Shown: positions 29,901-38,775, numbered from the stretch's first letter. The stretch is 64,000 nucleotides of DNA from Gemmatimonadota bacterium (GCA_963666735.1 OY762926.1:3616001-3680000), one strand, 5' to 3'. Program-made: numbers and translations. Notes: generated from the letters alone by a model not told the origin.

Positions 29901-30582
29901 CTGGGCCCGACACGATGCGGAAGTCGAGCCGGAACAGGGTCCGGAGTTCCCGCTCCCAGTTGCCCACGAGCCCGGCCGGCGGGACGACGAGCACCCGCCG
30001 GATCCGCCCTCGCATGAGCATCTCGCGAACGTAGAGCCCGGTCATGATCGTCTTGCCCGCGCCCGCGTCGTCCGCGAGCAGGAAGCGGAGCGGCTCCCGC
30101 GTGAGCATGTGCTCGTAGACCGCGATCCGCTGGTGGGGCAGGGGATGGATCCGCGAGATTTCGCTCGCGAACGCCGGATTGAACTGATAGCCGTGCGTCA
30201 GCCGGAGGCCTTCCACAAAGAGGGAGAGCCGGTCCGGGTCACCGTTGAAGTCGAGGAACGGAAGGTCGCGAGCGCCTTGAGCTCCGCCCTGAAGCGTGTC
30301 CGCTCCGTCAAGGTGTCGCGGGCGCTGCCGAGCCGTGTCCAGGGCGTGTTCCTCCTCCAGTTCGCCAAGCCGCCGCAACGCCAGCTTTCGGGGACTAGAC
30401 TGGCCCGTCTCCCACCGATGGACCGTGATGACCGAAACGCCGAGCCGCTCAGCAAAGCTCTCTTGGGTTAGCTTCAACCCGCGGCGAAGGCGACGAACGC
30501 GGGCCGGGATGCCTCCGTCGGCCTGGGCGGAAATCGCCGGGCTTACTGGGTTCGAAGGCGGCGAGTCGAGATGTGATGGCAT
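26902..30582 (-). CDS. XRE HTH + SNF2-type helicase + DUF3883-like nuclease fusion
   Basis: LTQESFAERLGVSVITVHRWETG; LLADDAGAGKT, DEAH, LTATP, GEGINLQ, QRMGRIHR; C-terminal GFDL..IEVKGR..NEW. Confidence 0.9.
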   Translation of the reverse strand: MPSHLDSPPSNPVSPAISAQADGGIPARVRRLRRGLKLTQESFAERLGVSVITVHRWETGQSSPRKLALRRLGELEEEHALDTARQRPRHLDGADTLQGGAQGARDLPFLDFNGDPDRLSLFVEGLRLTHGYQFNPAFASEISRIHPLPHQRIAVYEHMLTREPLRFLLADDAGAGKTIMTGLYVREMLMRGRIRRVLVVPPAGLVGNWERELRTLFRLDFRIVSGPDARAGNPFAGSGSDRVIVSLDTLRGNTAFSRLADPGTAPYDLVVFDEAHKLSATSEGARTRKTQRYKLAEALAGCSSGTPGRVRTPRGNGHRGGSTEPDWSSLKWSAHHLLLLTATPHMGKDSPYHHLWRLLDHRVFGTEEAWRRFPPDDRSRHFIRRTKEEMLGFDGQPIFRDRRCDTFGYDLTEGPDGERALYDRTTEYLRRSYGRAMENRQAVKLAMGVFQRRLASSTWALFTSLERRIRKVEALVADLEAGRIDAAALGRRQTRLDGKFRADFFEEFDSADDQNDDRRREGNEDYEDAVLGAVVAVTVEELREEIETLRDLRDRAHHLIDSGRESKFERLRELLESPEHTEKKWLVFSEHRDTADYLVRRLEALGHAGRVATIHGGMAWPEREEAVERFRDPSGARFLVATDAAGEGINLQFCRLMVNYDVPWNPARLEQRMGRIHRYGQEHDVRIFNLVSTDTREGRVLKVLLERLDAIRRELQSDKVFDVIGRLFENRSLLEYMQDTLTDQGERRARDRMSQLGSDAVREIGEHDARHYGPGGDVARRLDTLRGEIESERYLHLLPAWVLRFVELSAPLLGLNLHGDLNDVFAFVPARGSALDPLLPALEAYPPEARDRLRVRRPEGDEPCIWLHPGEPVFDALCARVLATCERDAQRGAIFIDPRAEEPYLVHLGELAVLEEAEDETAPSAPADRTLEKRLVCLRQGEDGRIAPLPLEYLSFLQEARHVPPGTVPLANKAVTLRAATNVHLHEEAQRVAEARRELVRDAIPERRARITLNLNLRAAEAASRRSALSRDPDADPEELEAVKRDQANLRLERLAAVEELEAAARRIVPAEPRFRALAITLPPRGGEEVEAFDAHVEETAMRIASEWERAQGATVVDVSRPSGARTAGLGDYPGFDLLATRPDGSKRHIEVKGRAGRAEIRMEDNEWRAACHLGDEFWLYVVYDCATPNPQLVCIQDPFNRLVATITSRWSIAVGEVMRAAEVSA

Positions 30583-30639
30583 CGCGTAAGCTCGCCCCTT
30601 TCCGACACTGAGTCAAGCGGGCATGCACGAGTCGCCGGA

Positions 30640-30661
30640 CAATCTATCATTTGATATATTG
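30640..30661. promoter_or_regulatory. AT-rich imperfect palindrome, candidate operator
   Basis: caatctatcatttgatatattg, 18/22 positions dyad-symmetric, ~58 bp upstream of the HTH-helicase start. Confidence 0.45.
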
Positions 30662-30753
30662 CGAACGCCACCACACGATGGCGTTGTCGCCAAGCGGTTG
30701 GCGGCGATACCGCGACCCGGTATGATCGCTCCACACAGGATCGAGGGGAATCA

Positions 30754-30997
30754 ATGCGCACGGTCGAAATCCACGATGCAAAGAGGCACCTCTCCCGTCT
30801 CGTTCAGGAGGCGGCGGACGGCGATCCGTTCGTGATCACGCGGGACGGAAAACCGATGGTCAAGGTGGTGCCGGTCGAGATTCCGGAGCCCGCGGGAGCC
30901 CGCTGGATTGGTTCAGGCCGGCGAGATCACCGTCCCGCCGGACTTCGACCGGATGGGGTCGGGAGAAATCGAGTCCCTGTTCGACGCCGATCCGTAA
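30754..30997 (+). pseudogene. Phd/YefM-family antitoxin, frameshifted
   Basis: MRTVEIHDAKRHLSRLV..GDPFVITRDGKP; typical tail AGEITVPPDFDRMG..LF lies in another frame after ~30912 and ends TAA 30997. Confidence 0.72.
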
Positions 30998-31015
30998 ACA
31001 TCGGCGCGGCCCACC

Positions 31016-31321
31016 TCAGCCGCCGCTCAGGGCGGGGAGGACGACGACTTCGGCGCCGTCCGCCACGGGCGTATCCAGGCCGCTCAGGAAACGGATGTTC
31101 TCGCCATCCACGAAGACGTTCACGTGCGGCCGCAGGTGGCCCCGCTCCGTGATCAGACGGTCGCGCACGCCGGGGTGGGCGGCCCCGAGTCCGGCCAGGA
31201 TGTCCCGGACGGCGGCGGGCGCGCCGGGGATGTCGACCACCGCCCGCCCGCCGGCCAACTCCGTCAGCGCGGCCGGCAGCGTCACGCGCGCCACGCCGCC
31301 GGCCGGCGTCCCGGCGGGCAT
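31016..31321 (-). CDS. MoaD/ThiS-family ubiquitin-like protein
   Basis: HVNVFVDGENIR..GLDTPV..VVLPALSGG C-terminal Gly-Gly. Confidence 0.88.
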   Translation of the reverse strand: MPAGTPAGGVARVTLPAALTELAGGRAVVDIPGAPAAVRDILAGLGAAHPGVRDRLITERGHLRPHVNVFVDGENIRFLSGLDTPVADGAEVVVLPALSGG

Positions 31322-32538
31322 CAGGCCTCCCGGGGGGCGCACGCCTTTACGCACACCACCGGCGGGAGACCCTCGCACACCAGCCGCCAGGTCGTCCCCG
31401 CGTCGCGAGAGGCGTACACCTTGCCGCTGCGGGTGCCGAAGAACACCTGTGCGGGGGCGAGCGTCGCCAGCGCGTCGCGCAGCACGGTTTCGTACGCGTT
31501 CCGCTGCGGCAGTCCTTCGGTGAGCGCCTCCCAGCTCGCGCCGCCGTCCCGGGTTCGGTAGACGCGCAGCTTCGCCTCCGGCGTACACCGGAAGCCGTCC
31601 GATTCGAGCGGGACGATGTAGACCGTGTCGGCATCGCCCGGGTGGATCGCCATCGCGAAGCCGAAGTCGGACGGCACCCCGTTGGCGATGTCCGTCCACG
31701 AATCGCCCCAGTCGTCGCTGCGGTACAATCCCCAGTGGTTCTGCAGAAAGAGCCGGGCCGGGTTCGACGGATGGTGCACGATCTTGTGCACGCACTGCCC
31801 GAATTCCGGGTGCTTGTCGGGGAGAAACTCCGCCCGCACCCCTTCGTTGCGCGCGGTCCACGTCGCGCCGCCGTCGTCGCTGCGGTACGCCCCCGCCGCC
31901 GAGATGGCGATCGTCGCGCGCCCCTCCGGCTCGCCGTCGGTGATGATCGTGTGCAGGCACAGCCCGCCGGCGCCCGGCTGCCACCGCTCCCGGTGCGGAT
32001 GGTTCAGCAGCCCCTCCACCGCCTCCCACCGCTCGCCCGCATCGCGGGAGATGAACAGGCAGGCCGGCTCCACGCCCAGCCGGATCACATCCGGTTCGCG
32101 GACCGAGCCCGGCTGGATCTGCCAGATGCGCTTGAGAGCGAGCCCGGAATCCTCGGGAAACCTGACCGAACGCTCGGCCTTCCCGGACCAGCTCGCCCCG
32201 AAGTCGTCGGAGAAGCGCAGCGTCGTGCCCCAGAAGGGATTGTGCGGCGCCGCCCACAGGCGCGACCTGCCGGCCCGGTCGTCGTACGCCATCGCGTAGA
32301 CTTCCTCACCCGGAAAATGGGGGCCGTCCAGCTCCCAGCCCCCGCCGCCGTCGCCGCTCCCGTCGCCGCCTCCGTCGTCCAGTCCGCCGCCCGCGCGCGC
32401 CCGCGCCAGGAAGGCGCCCTTCGTCGTGCCCAGCAGGAGCGTGCCGCCCCCGTTCGTCTCGACGCCACTCGCCACGATCCGTTCCCTCGTCCCTTGCCAG
32501 TCGTTTCGCGACCGCAGTCGCCGGCGGCCAATGTACAA
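31321..32538 (-). CDS. BNR/Asp-box beta-propeller (sialidase-like/Ycf48-like); start uncertain
   Basis: LLGTTKGAF; repeated SxDxGxxW (SDDFGASW, SRDAGERW, SDDGGATW, SDDWGDSW, TRDGGASW, SRDAGTTW). Confidence 0.85.
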   Translation of the reverse strand: MYIGRRRLRSRNDWQGTRERIVASGVETNGGGTLLLGTTKGAFLARARAGGGLDDGGGDGSGDGGGGWELDGPHFPGEEVYAMAYDDRAGRSRLWAAPHNPFWGTTLRFSDDFGASWSGKAERSVRFPEDSGLALKRIWQIQPGSVREPDVIRLGVEPACLFISRDAGERWEAVEGLLNHPHRERWQPGAGGLCLHTIITDGEPEGRATIAISAAGAYRSDDGGATWTARNEGVRAEFLPDKHPEFGQCVHKIVHHPSNPARLFLQNHWGLYRSDDWGDSWTDIANGVPSDFGFAMAIHPGDADTVYIVPLESDGFRCTPEAKLRVYRTRDGGASWEALTEGLPQRNAYETVLRDALATLAPAQVFFGTRSGKVYASRDAGTTWRLVCEGLPPVVCVKACAPREA

Positions 32539-32601
32539 CGTGGGTGCCGGCGGAGTGCGTCGGCCCCCTGGCGGGGCGCCGGGGCCCGCCAGGGGGGTGC
32601 G

Positions 32602-32630
32602 TTGGCCCGCTGACGGCGGGACGGTATCAT
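32602..32630 (+). promoter_or_regulatory. Candidate sigma70 promoter for a leaderless DUF72 transcript
   Basis: TTGGCC-17 nt-TATCAT, then 6 nt to ATG 32637; no SD. Confidence 0.45.
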
Positions 32631-32636
32631 CCTCCG

Positions 32637-33389
32637 ATGCAGGTCTGGATCGGCACGAGCGGCTACAGCTATCCCGCGTGGAAGGGCAGCTTCTATCCGG
32701 AGGATCTCCCCAACAAGGAGATGTTGTCCTTCTATGGCCGCCGGCTCGGGGCCGTGGAGATCAACAACACCTTCTACCGCATGCCGCGCGAGAGCGTGCT
32801 CGAAAAATGGGCCGGGGCCGTGCCCGACGGATTCCGCTTCGCGCTCAAGGCGTCGCGCCGCATCACGCACTTCAAGCGCTTGCAGAACGCGGAGGAGGAG
32901 ACGGAGTATCTCGTGCAGACGGCCGCGGCGATGGCGGACCGCGCCGGCGTCATCCTGTACCAGCTTCCGCCCAACTTCAAACGGGACGATGACCGGCTCG
33001 CGCGCTTCGTGGACCAGCTTCCGAACCCGGGAACGTCCGCCTTCGAGTTCCGGCATGCCTCGTGGTTCGACGAGGGCGTGTTCGACATCCTCCGGTCGCG
33101 GAACTCCGCCCTCTGTCTCGCCGAAACGGATGACGGCGACGACGCCCCTCTCGTCGAGACGGCGGACTGGACCTACGTCCGGCTGCGCCGCAGCGCCTAC
33201 TCAACGGAGGAGCTGGAAGGCTGGGCCGCGCGGCTGCGCGCCTCGGGCTGGGACCGGGTCTACGCCTTCTTCAAGCATGAAGATGCCGGCGTCGGCCCCG
33301 CGCTCGCCGGGCAGTTCACGGAGATGATGGCGGACATGACGGCGGAGATGGCGGACGCGACGGATGTGACGGAGGAGACGGACGCATGA
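32637..33389 (+). CDS. DUF72 family protein
   Basis: IGTSGYSYPAWKGSFYP, VEINNTFY, FALKA, YQLPPNF, FEFRHASW, YVRLR. Confidence 0.9.
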   Translation: MQVWIGTSGYSYPAWKGSFYPEDLPNKEMLSFYGRRLGAVEINNTFYRMPRESVLEKWAGAVPDGFRFALKASRRITHFKRLQNAEEETEYLVQTAAAMADRAGVILYQLPPNFKRDDDRLARFVDQLPNPGTSAFEFRHASWFDEGVFDILRSRNSALCLAETDDGDDAPLVETADWTYVRLRRSAYSTEELEGWAARLRASGWDRVYAFFKHEDAGVGPALAGQFTEMMADMTAEMADATDVTEETDA

Positions 33390-34174
33390 CCCGCGTCGTC
33401 GGCCAGCTCCTCCTGATCAACGTCCTCGCGTACGTGTTGACGCGCCAGAGTCCCGCCCTGATGTCGGAGCTGTGGCTCGTCCCCGCCCAGGTCCTGACGA
33501 AGCCCTGGACGCTCCTCACGTACCAGTTCCTGCACGGCGGCATGTCCCACATCTTCTTCAACATGCTCGCGCTCTTCTTTTTTGGGCCGAAGCTCGAGTC
33601 GCTGCTCGGATCGAAGGATTTCCTGAAGCTGTACCTGCTGGCCGGGCTCGTCGGGGCCCTCGCCCACATCCTGTGGACCCTCCTCGCGATGTCGCAGGGA
33701 GGCCTCTACGTGCCGATGGTCGGCGCCTCGGCGGCCGTGTACGGCGTGCTCTTCGGCTACGCGCGCTACTGGCCGCGCGACCGGGTGATGATCTGGTTCG
33801 TCATCCCGGTGCAGGTCCGCTACCTCGTCATCGGGTTCACGGTGCTTTCCCTGCGGCTGGGCCTCGGCGGCGTCGGCGGCGGCGTGGCGCACTTCGCGCA
33901 TCTGGGCGGGTTCCTCGGCGGCTGGCTCTTTCTGAGGTTGCGGGCCACGCGCTCCGCGGCGGCGCAGTTCCGCAAGAAGGCCGAGAGTCCCGGCGTCCGC
34001 ATGAGAGAGCGGGAGTTGAACGTGAAATGGGCGCGCATCGAGCCGGGCGCCCTTCACCCCGTGAACCGGGCCGAGTACGAGCGCATCGCCGGCAAGCTCA
34101 AGGCCGCGGGGTGGTCCGCCCTCACCGACCGCGAACGCACGTTCGTAGAGAGATTCGGCGGAGGCTTCGGCTAG
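33386..34174 (+). CDS. Rhomboid intramembrane serine protease
   Basis: YQFLH, HIFFNM, GASAA catalytic Ser, AHFAHLGG catalytic His. Confidence 0.92.
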   Translation: MTRVVGQLLLINVLAYVLTRQSPALMSELWLVPAQVLTKPWTLLTYQFLHGGMSHIFFNMLALFFFGPKLESLLGSKDFLKLYLLAGLVGALAHILWTLLAMSQGGLYVPMVGASAAVYGVLFGYARYWPRDRVMIWFVIPVQVRYLVIGFTVLSLRLGLGGVGGGVAHFAHLGGFLGGWLFLRLRATRSAAAQFRKKAESPGVRMRERELNVKWARIEPGALHPVNRAEYERIAGKLKAAGWSALTDRERTFVERFGGGFG

Positions 34175-35819
34175 GAGCTTGCGCGGTAGAACGGTCGCGA
34201 AGGGCGGCGGATCCCGGGAAGCGCGGCCGCCCGGAGGCTGAGGGGCGCCGGTTGTCGGCGGGAGCCGCCGTCGCGCGGGCGAAGCCGCCGCGCCGGCGCC
34301 GTTTCCGGGTGGATCCGGCCGCGTTTCGGGCCCCGGAGGCCCTCCGGCGCGAAGATTTCGCCCCTCACGCGGCCCGAAGGACGTGGAGGCGCCGCGCGTT
34401 GAGCGCCAGACACACCAGATCCCACTCGCCGCGCACGTTCTCCAAGCCCCTGAGGCTGAACCTCCTGAACCCCATCGCCTCCTTGACCCACCCGATGGGC
34501 GCTTCGGCGATCCACTTGCGCTTGGCATACACCGCCCGGCCTTGGGGAGTCTCCAGCTTCTTCGCCATGCGCGCCGTCGCCGGGAGCTTCTTCGGGTCGG
34601 GCTTGCCGGCCCCCTTGCCCTCCCGGCCCAGCGCCACGTAGCCGTCGATCCCCCGCGCATCCAGAGCCGCCAGATCCTCCTCGTTCGAGTAGCCCGCGTC
34701 GGCCAGCACCTCGCCCGGCGTCTCCCCCAACCGCCCGGACACCTCGTCCACCCGCTCCACCAGCTGCCCCTGGTCGCTCGCGTTGTCGGTCACCTCCGCC
34801 CCCAGCACCAGCTGGCTCTCGCCGTCGACCACCGCCTGCGCGTTGTAGCACTGCTGGTAGCCCTCCGTGCTCGTCCGCATGATCCGGCTCTCCGGATCCG
34901 TGAAGTTCGTCTGCGAGTCCGCCTCCGGCTCCCCGTAGGCCAGCTTGTACGGCGACCCCCCCTTCGGGTTGCGGTCCCACTCCGGCTCCCGGCCCCGCGC
35001 GTCGTCGCGCTCCCGCGCCTCCGCCTCCAGACGAGCCCGCGCCGCCCGGATCGCCGCCAGCCGGTCCTCCCGCCGCTTCAGCTCCTCCGGCAGCTCGTCG
35101 CCCCGAACGTCCTCCCCGTGCCGCTCGTCCTCCTCCGCGTCGGCCGCCTCCGCACGCGCCAGCAACTCCGCGATCTCCGCCTCCAGGCGCGCCTCCTCCG
35201 GACCCATCCGCCCGTAGCTCATCGCCTTCCGCTTGCTCGCGTTCGCCCGAACCTTCGTCCCGTCCACCGCCACCCGGCCCAGCCCCGCCAGACCCAGCTC
35301 CCGCGCCAGAAGCACCGCCTCGGCGAACAACGCACCGAACGCCCTCAGGTTCTTCTTCCGGAACTCGCACAGCGTCCGGTGCGCCGGAAAGTTCCCCGCC
35401 GCCAGCATCCTGAGCGGCACGTCCTCCTCCAGCTTCCGCGCCAGCTTCCGAGACGAGAACACCCCCGTCGCGTAACCGTACAGCAGAACCTTCACCATCA
35501 TCCGCGGATCGTACGGGCTCCGACGGCGTCCGTCCCCCTCGTACCGCGCGTAGAACGCCGACAGGTCCAGCGCGTCCACCAGATCGCTCACGTGGTGCGC
35601 CAGATGCCCCGCCGGCACCCACTCGCGAAGATCCTGCGGCAGCAGCAACCGCTGGTCCGGATCGTACGGGCGGAACCTCGTCCGCATCCTCTCCGGATCG
35701 TACGGTAGAGACCTCGCACTCATCGCCAACTCCCCGCGCCGAACTTGAACCCGTCACAGCACGCCATCACCATAACCACCCGAAACGCGCCGCACCATCG
35801 GTTTCTACGGCGCAGGCTC
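34175..35819 (-). mobile_element. IS1182-family insertion sequence, 1645 bp
   Basis: 17-bp imperfect IR gagcttgcgcggtagaa / ttctacggcgcaggctc; 4-bp direct repeat CTAG at 34171-34174 and 35820-35823. Confidence 0.88.
34365..35729 (-). CDS. IS1182-family DDE transposase
   Basis: LLLP..LREW..HLA, YDPRMMVK..YGY, VDGTK.RANAS, TDPESRIM, YNAQ, LADAGY, RK..AE. Confidence 0.9.
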   Translation of the reverse strand: MAMSARSLPYDPERMRTRFRPYDPDQRLLLPQDLREWVPAGHLAHHVSDLVDALDLSAFYARYEGDGRRRSPYDPRMMVKVLLYGYATGVFSSRKLARKLEEDVPLRMLAAGNFPAHRTLCEFRKKNLRAFGALFAEAVLLARELGLAGLGRVAVDGTKVRANASKRKAMSYGRMGPEEARLEAEIAELLARAEAADAEEDERHGEDVRGDELPEELKRREDRLAAIRAARARLEAEARERDDARGREPEWDRNPKGGSPYKLAYGEPEADSQTNFTDPESRIMRTSTEGYQQCYNAQAVVDGESQLVLGAEVTDNASDQGQLVERVDEVSGRLGETPGEVLADAGYSNEEDLAALDARGIDGYVALGREGKGAGKPDPKKLPATARMAKKLETPQGRAVYAKRKWIAEAPIGWVKEAMGFRRFSLRGLENVRGEWDLVCLALNARRLHVLRAA

Positions 35820-35965
35820 CTAGCACGAGCCGCTGCGGCGCCCCGCGCCGGCATTTTGCGAAACGAGTCACGTCGCCTATCTTCCGCCGCTTCCGCGTCG
35901 GCCAACCCTTCCCGGGATTCCGCCATGCATCACGCCCCGCCCCTCGATCCGACGGTCTAACCATC

Positions 35966-37099
35966 ATGGATGGGCGCATCCTGTTTCTGCCGGGCGATGG
36001 CATCGGACCCGAGGTCCTGCTTGAGGCGCGACGGGTACTGGAGGCCATCGGCGAGATCCGCGGCCACCGGTTCGAGATCCTGGAGGCCCCCATCGGCGAC
36101 GGCGCGCTCGAGCGGTTCGGCGATCCGCTGCCGGACGAGACGCGAGCACTGGCGGTCGAGGTCGACGCCGTGCTCGTCGGGGCCGTCGGCCTCGCCGTGC
36201 GCCCGGCGGACGGAACGCAGGTCGACGCCTCCAGAGGGCTGCTGGATCTGCGGCAGTTGCTGGGGAACCACGCGAATATCCGGCCCGTTTCCGTACCCGC
36301 GGCGCTCGTGGACCGGTCTCCCCTCCGCCCGGACCGTGTTCGCGGCGTGGACCTCGTCGTCGTCCGCGAACTGCTCGGCGGCATCTATTTCGGTCCCGGC
36401 GGGATCGAGGACGGCGTCGCCTTCGACATCGAGATGTACACGGAGGCGGAGATTCGGCGGATCTCCGGGGCGGCGTTCGAAATCGCGCGGGCGCGGCGGA
36501 AGAAGGTGACCTCGGTCGACAAGGCGAATGTCCTCGAGTCATCGATCCTCTGGCGCCGAGTCGCCGAAGAGGTGTCCCGCGACTATCCGGATGTCGAGTT
36601 CTCCAGCATGCTCGTGGACAATTGCGCGATGCAGTTGATCCACAACCCGCGCCAGTTCGACGTGCTGCTGACCAACAACATGTTCGGCGACATTCTGAGC
36701 GATGAAGCGGCGGTGCTCGCCGGGAGCTTGGGCATGCTGCCCTCGGCGAGCGTGGGCGGCGACATCGGTCTCTATGAGCCGGTCCACGGCGCGGCGCCGG
36801 ACATCGCGGGGCAGGGGATCGCGAACCCGCTCGGCGCGGTCCTCTCCGTCGCGATGATGCTCGAACTCACGTTCGCGCTCCAGGAGGAGGCGAACGCCGT
36901 GCGGTACGCCGTGAACCGCGTGCTCGAAGATGGACACGGCACGGCGGATCTCCAGGTCGGCGGCGGACCGGCGCCGGTGTCGACGGCGCGGATGGGCGCG
37001 TTGATCGTCGAGGCCCTGGGCCGCGTGGGCCTGGCGCGCGCGCGAGGCTCGGCGGGCTCGGTGGCCGCGGCAAACGGAGCAGGGGGGAACCAATGCTGA
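35966..37099 (+). CDS. leuB: 3-isopropylmalate dehydrogenase
   Basis: [51 protein letters not shown]. Confidence 0.93.
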   Translation: MDGRILFLPGDGIGPEVLLEARRVLEAIGEIRGHRFEILEAPIGDGALERFGDPLPDETRALAVEVDAVLVGAVGLAVRPADGTQVDASRGLLDLRQLLGNHANIRPVSVPAALVDRSPLRPDRVRGVDLVVVRELLGGIYFGPGGIEDGVAFDIEMYTEAEIRRISGAAFEIARARRKKVTSVDKANVLESSILWRRVAEEVSRDYPDVEFSSMLVDNCAMQLIHNPRQFDVLLTNNMFGDILSDEAAVLAGSLGMLPSASVGGDIGLYEPVHGAAPDIAGQGIANPLGAVLSVAMMLELTFALQEEANAVRYAVNRVLEDGHGTADLQVGGGPAPVSTARMGALIVEALGRVGLARARGSAGSVAAANGAGGNQC

Positions 37100-38775
37100 A
37101 CCGGATCAGCCGCGAGCTGACGCAGCATCCGGATCGGCCGGCCGCGCGCGCGATGCTGTTCGCGGCGGGCCTGACGGAGGAAGACCTGGACCGCCCGCAG
37201 ATCGGGATCGTCAGCTCCGGCTACGAGGGCAATCCGTGCAACATGCACCTCAACGGCCTCGCCGCGGCGGCGAAGGAAGGGGTCCGGTCATCCGGCATGA
37301 TCGGCTTCGTCTCGAACACGATCGGGGTCAGCGACGGGATCTCGATGGGCACGCTCGGGATGCGCTATTCGCTCCCCTCGCGCGACCTGATCGCGGATTC
37401 GATCGAGACGATCGCGTCGGCGCAGCACTACGACGGCGTTATCACGGTCATGGGCTGCGACAAGAACATGCCGGGCGCCATGATGGCCATGAGTCGGCTC
37501 GGCCGCCCCGCGATGATGATTTACGGCGGCACGATCGCGCCGGGGCGCCGCAACGGGGAGCGGCTCGACGTCGTCTCCTCCTTCGAGGCCCTCGGGCAGC
37601 GGCTGGCCGGGACCATCACCTCCGGGGAGTACCGGGAGATCGTGCGTTTGAGTTGTCCGGGCGCGGGGGCGTGCGGCGGGATGTTCACGGCGAACACGAT
37701 GGCCTCGACGATCGAGGTCATGGGGATGAGTCTCCCCGGCAGTTCCTCGAACCCCGCGACGAGCGACGACAAGCGGGCGGAATGCGGGAGGGCGGGAGAG
37801 GCGATCCGGAACCTGCTCGAGCGGAACCTGTGTCCCCGCGACATCCTCACGCGCGAGGCGTTCGAGAACGCGATCACGCTCGCCGTCGTCATCGGCGGGT
37901 CCACGAACGTCGTGCTTCACCTGCTCGCCATCGCGCGCACGATCGGCGTCGATCTCACGATCGACGACTTCCAGCGCATCAGCGATCGCACGCCGCTGCT
38001 GGCGGACTTCAGGCCCAGCGGCCCGTACGTGATGGAGGACCTGCACCGCATCGGCGGCATGCCCGCCCTCATCAAGGCCCTCCTCGCGGAAGGCCTCCTG
38101 CACGGCGACTGCATGACCGTCACGGGACAGACGCTGGCCGAGAACGCGGCGGATGCGCCCCCGCTGGGCGACGATCCGAGAGTCGTGCACGGCCTGGACG
38201 ATCCCATCAAGGCGTCCGGGCACCTCCGCATCCTCTACGGCAACGTGGCCGAGGATGGCTCCGTGGCGAAGATCACCGGCAAGGAGGGCGAGGTCTTCGA
38301 GGGGCCGGCCCGCGTGTTCGACGGCGAAGCCGAGGCGAACGAGGCGATCGGAGAGGGCCGGATCCGGAAGGGGGACGTGATCGTCATCCGCTACGAGGGT
38401 CCGCGCGGCGGGCCCGGCATGCCGGAGATGCTCACGCCGACCTCCATGATCATGGGACGCGGGCTGGGCGGAGACGTCGCCCTCATCACGGACGGCCGCT
38501 TCTCCGGCGGCACCCACGGCTTCGTCGTCGGACACATCACGCCGGAAGCGCGGGAAGGCGGCGTCATCGCCCTCCTCGCCGACGGCGACCGCATACGGAT
38601 CGACGCGATCGAGAACACGATCGACGTCCACCTCTCGCCGGCGGAGATCCAGGCCCGCCGCGAGGCGTGGGCCGCGCCGCCGCCGCGCGCGAATTCCGGG
38701 GCCCTGTACAGGTACGCGCGCACCGTGTCGCCGGCCTCGGAAGGTTGTACCACGGACAGGGATGTACCGCGATGA
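37093..38775 (+). CDS. ilvD: Dihydroxy-acid dehydratase
   Basis: [51 protein letters not shown]. Confidence 0.95.
   Translation: MLNRISRELTQHPDRPAARAMLFAAGLTEEDLDRPQIGIVSSGYEGNPCNMHLNGLAAAAKEGVRSSGMIGFVSNTIGVSDGISMGTLGMRYSLPSRDLIADSIETIASAQHYDGVITVMGCDKNMPGAMMAMSRLGRPAMMIYGGTIAPGRRNGERLDVVSSFEALGQRLAGTITSGEYREIVRLSCPGAGACGGMFTANTMASTIEVMGMSLPGSSSNPATSDDKRAECGRAGEAIRNLLERNLCPRDILTREAFENAITLAVVIGGSTNVVLHLLAIARTIGVDLTIDDFQRISDRTPLLADFRPSGPYVMEDLHRIGGMPALIKALLAEGLLHGDCMTVTGQTLAENAADAPPLGDDPRVVHGLDDPIKASGHLRILYGNVAEDGSVAKITGKEGEVFEGPARVFDGEAEANEAIGEGRIRKGDVIVIRYEGPRGGPGMPEMLTPTSMIMGRGLGGDVALITDGRFSGGTHGFVVGHITPEAREGGVIALLADGDRIRIDAIENTIDVHLSPAEIQARREAWAAPPPRANSGALYRYARTVSPASEGCTTDRDVPR

Larger units (their letters stand above)
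6143..31000. other. Defence island, ~25 kb (boundaries approximate)
   Basis: Dense cluster of helicase, methylases, ATPases, nucleases and TA remnants; several genes are visibly less GC-rich than the flanking housekeeping genes; no integrase seen. Confidence 0.8.

Noticed and set aside
27295..30471. 1058-aa plus-strand ORF, and similar long ORFs such as 59883-62858, 51872-54682 and 2540-4396
   Set aside because: Antisense shadows of well-supported genes in high-GC DNA; no recognisable motifs
12125..30582. Calling the locus BREX or DISARM
   Set aside because: No PglZ phosphatase, BrxA/B/L, DUF1998 or PLD gene recognised
30665..30677. 13-bp match acgccaccacacg shared with 51490-51502
   Set aside because: Too short, flanks do not extend; compatible with chance in 64 kb of high-GC DNA
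6143..31015. Integrative element or prophage with att sites
   Set aside because: No integrase, tRNA, phage genes or flanking direct repeats found by eye; a computed repeat search could still find short ones
33320..33389. Repetitive acggagatg/gcggac units at the DUF72 3' end as a CRISPR-like array
   Set aside because: Short degenerate coding repeats (MADMTAEMADATD) with no spacers
35925..35960. Short ORF MHHAPPLDPTV before leuB as an attenuator leader
   Set aside because: Only one Leu and one Val codon, and no terminator hairpin between it and leuB (5 bp gap)
37236..38771. Long N-terminal extensions in the ORF track (ilvB 1101 aa, pyrD 558 aa, kinase 791 aa, Ubl 413 aa)
   Set aside because: They overlap upstream genes in another frame and are Arg/Gly/Pro-rich noise; real starts sit at stop/start overlaps
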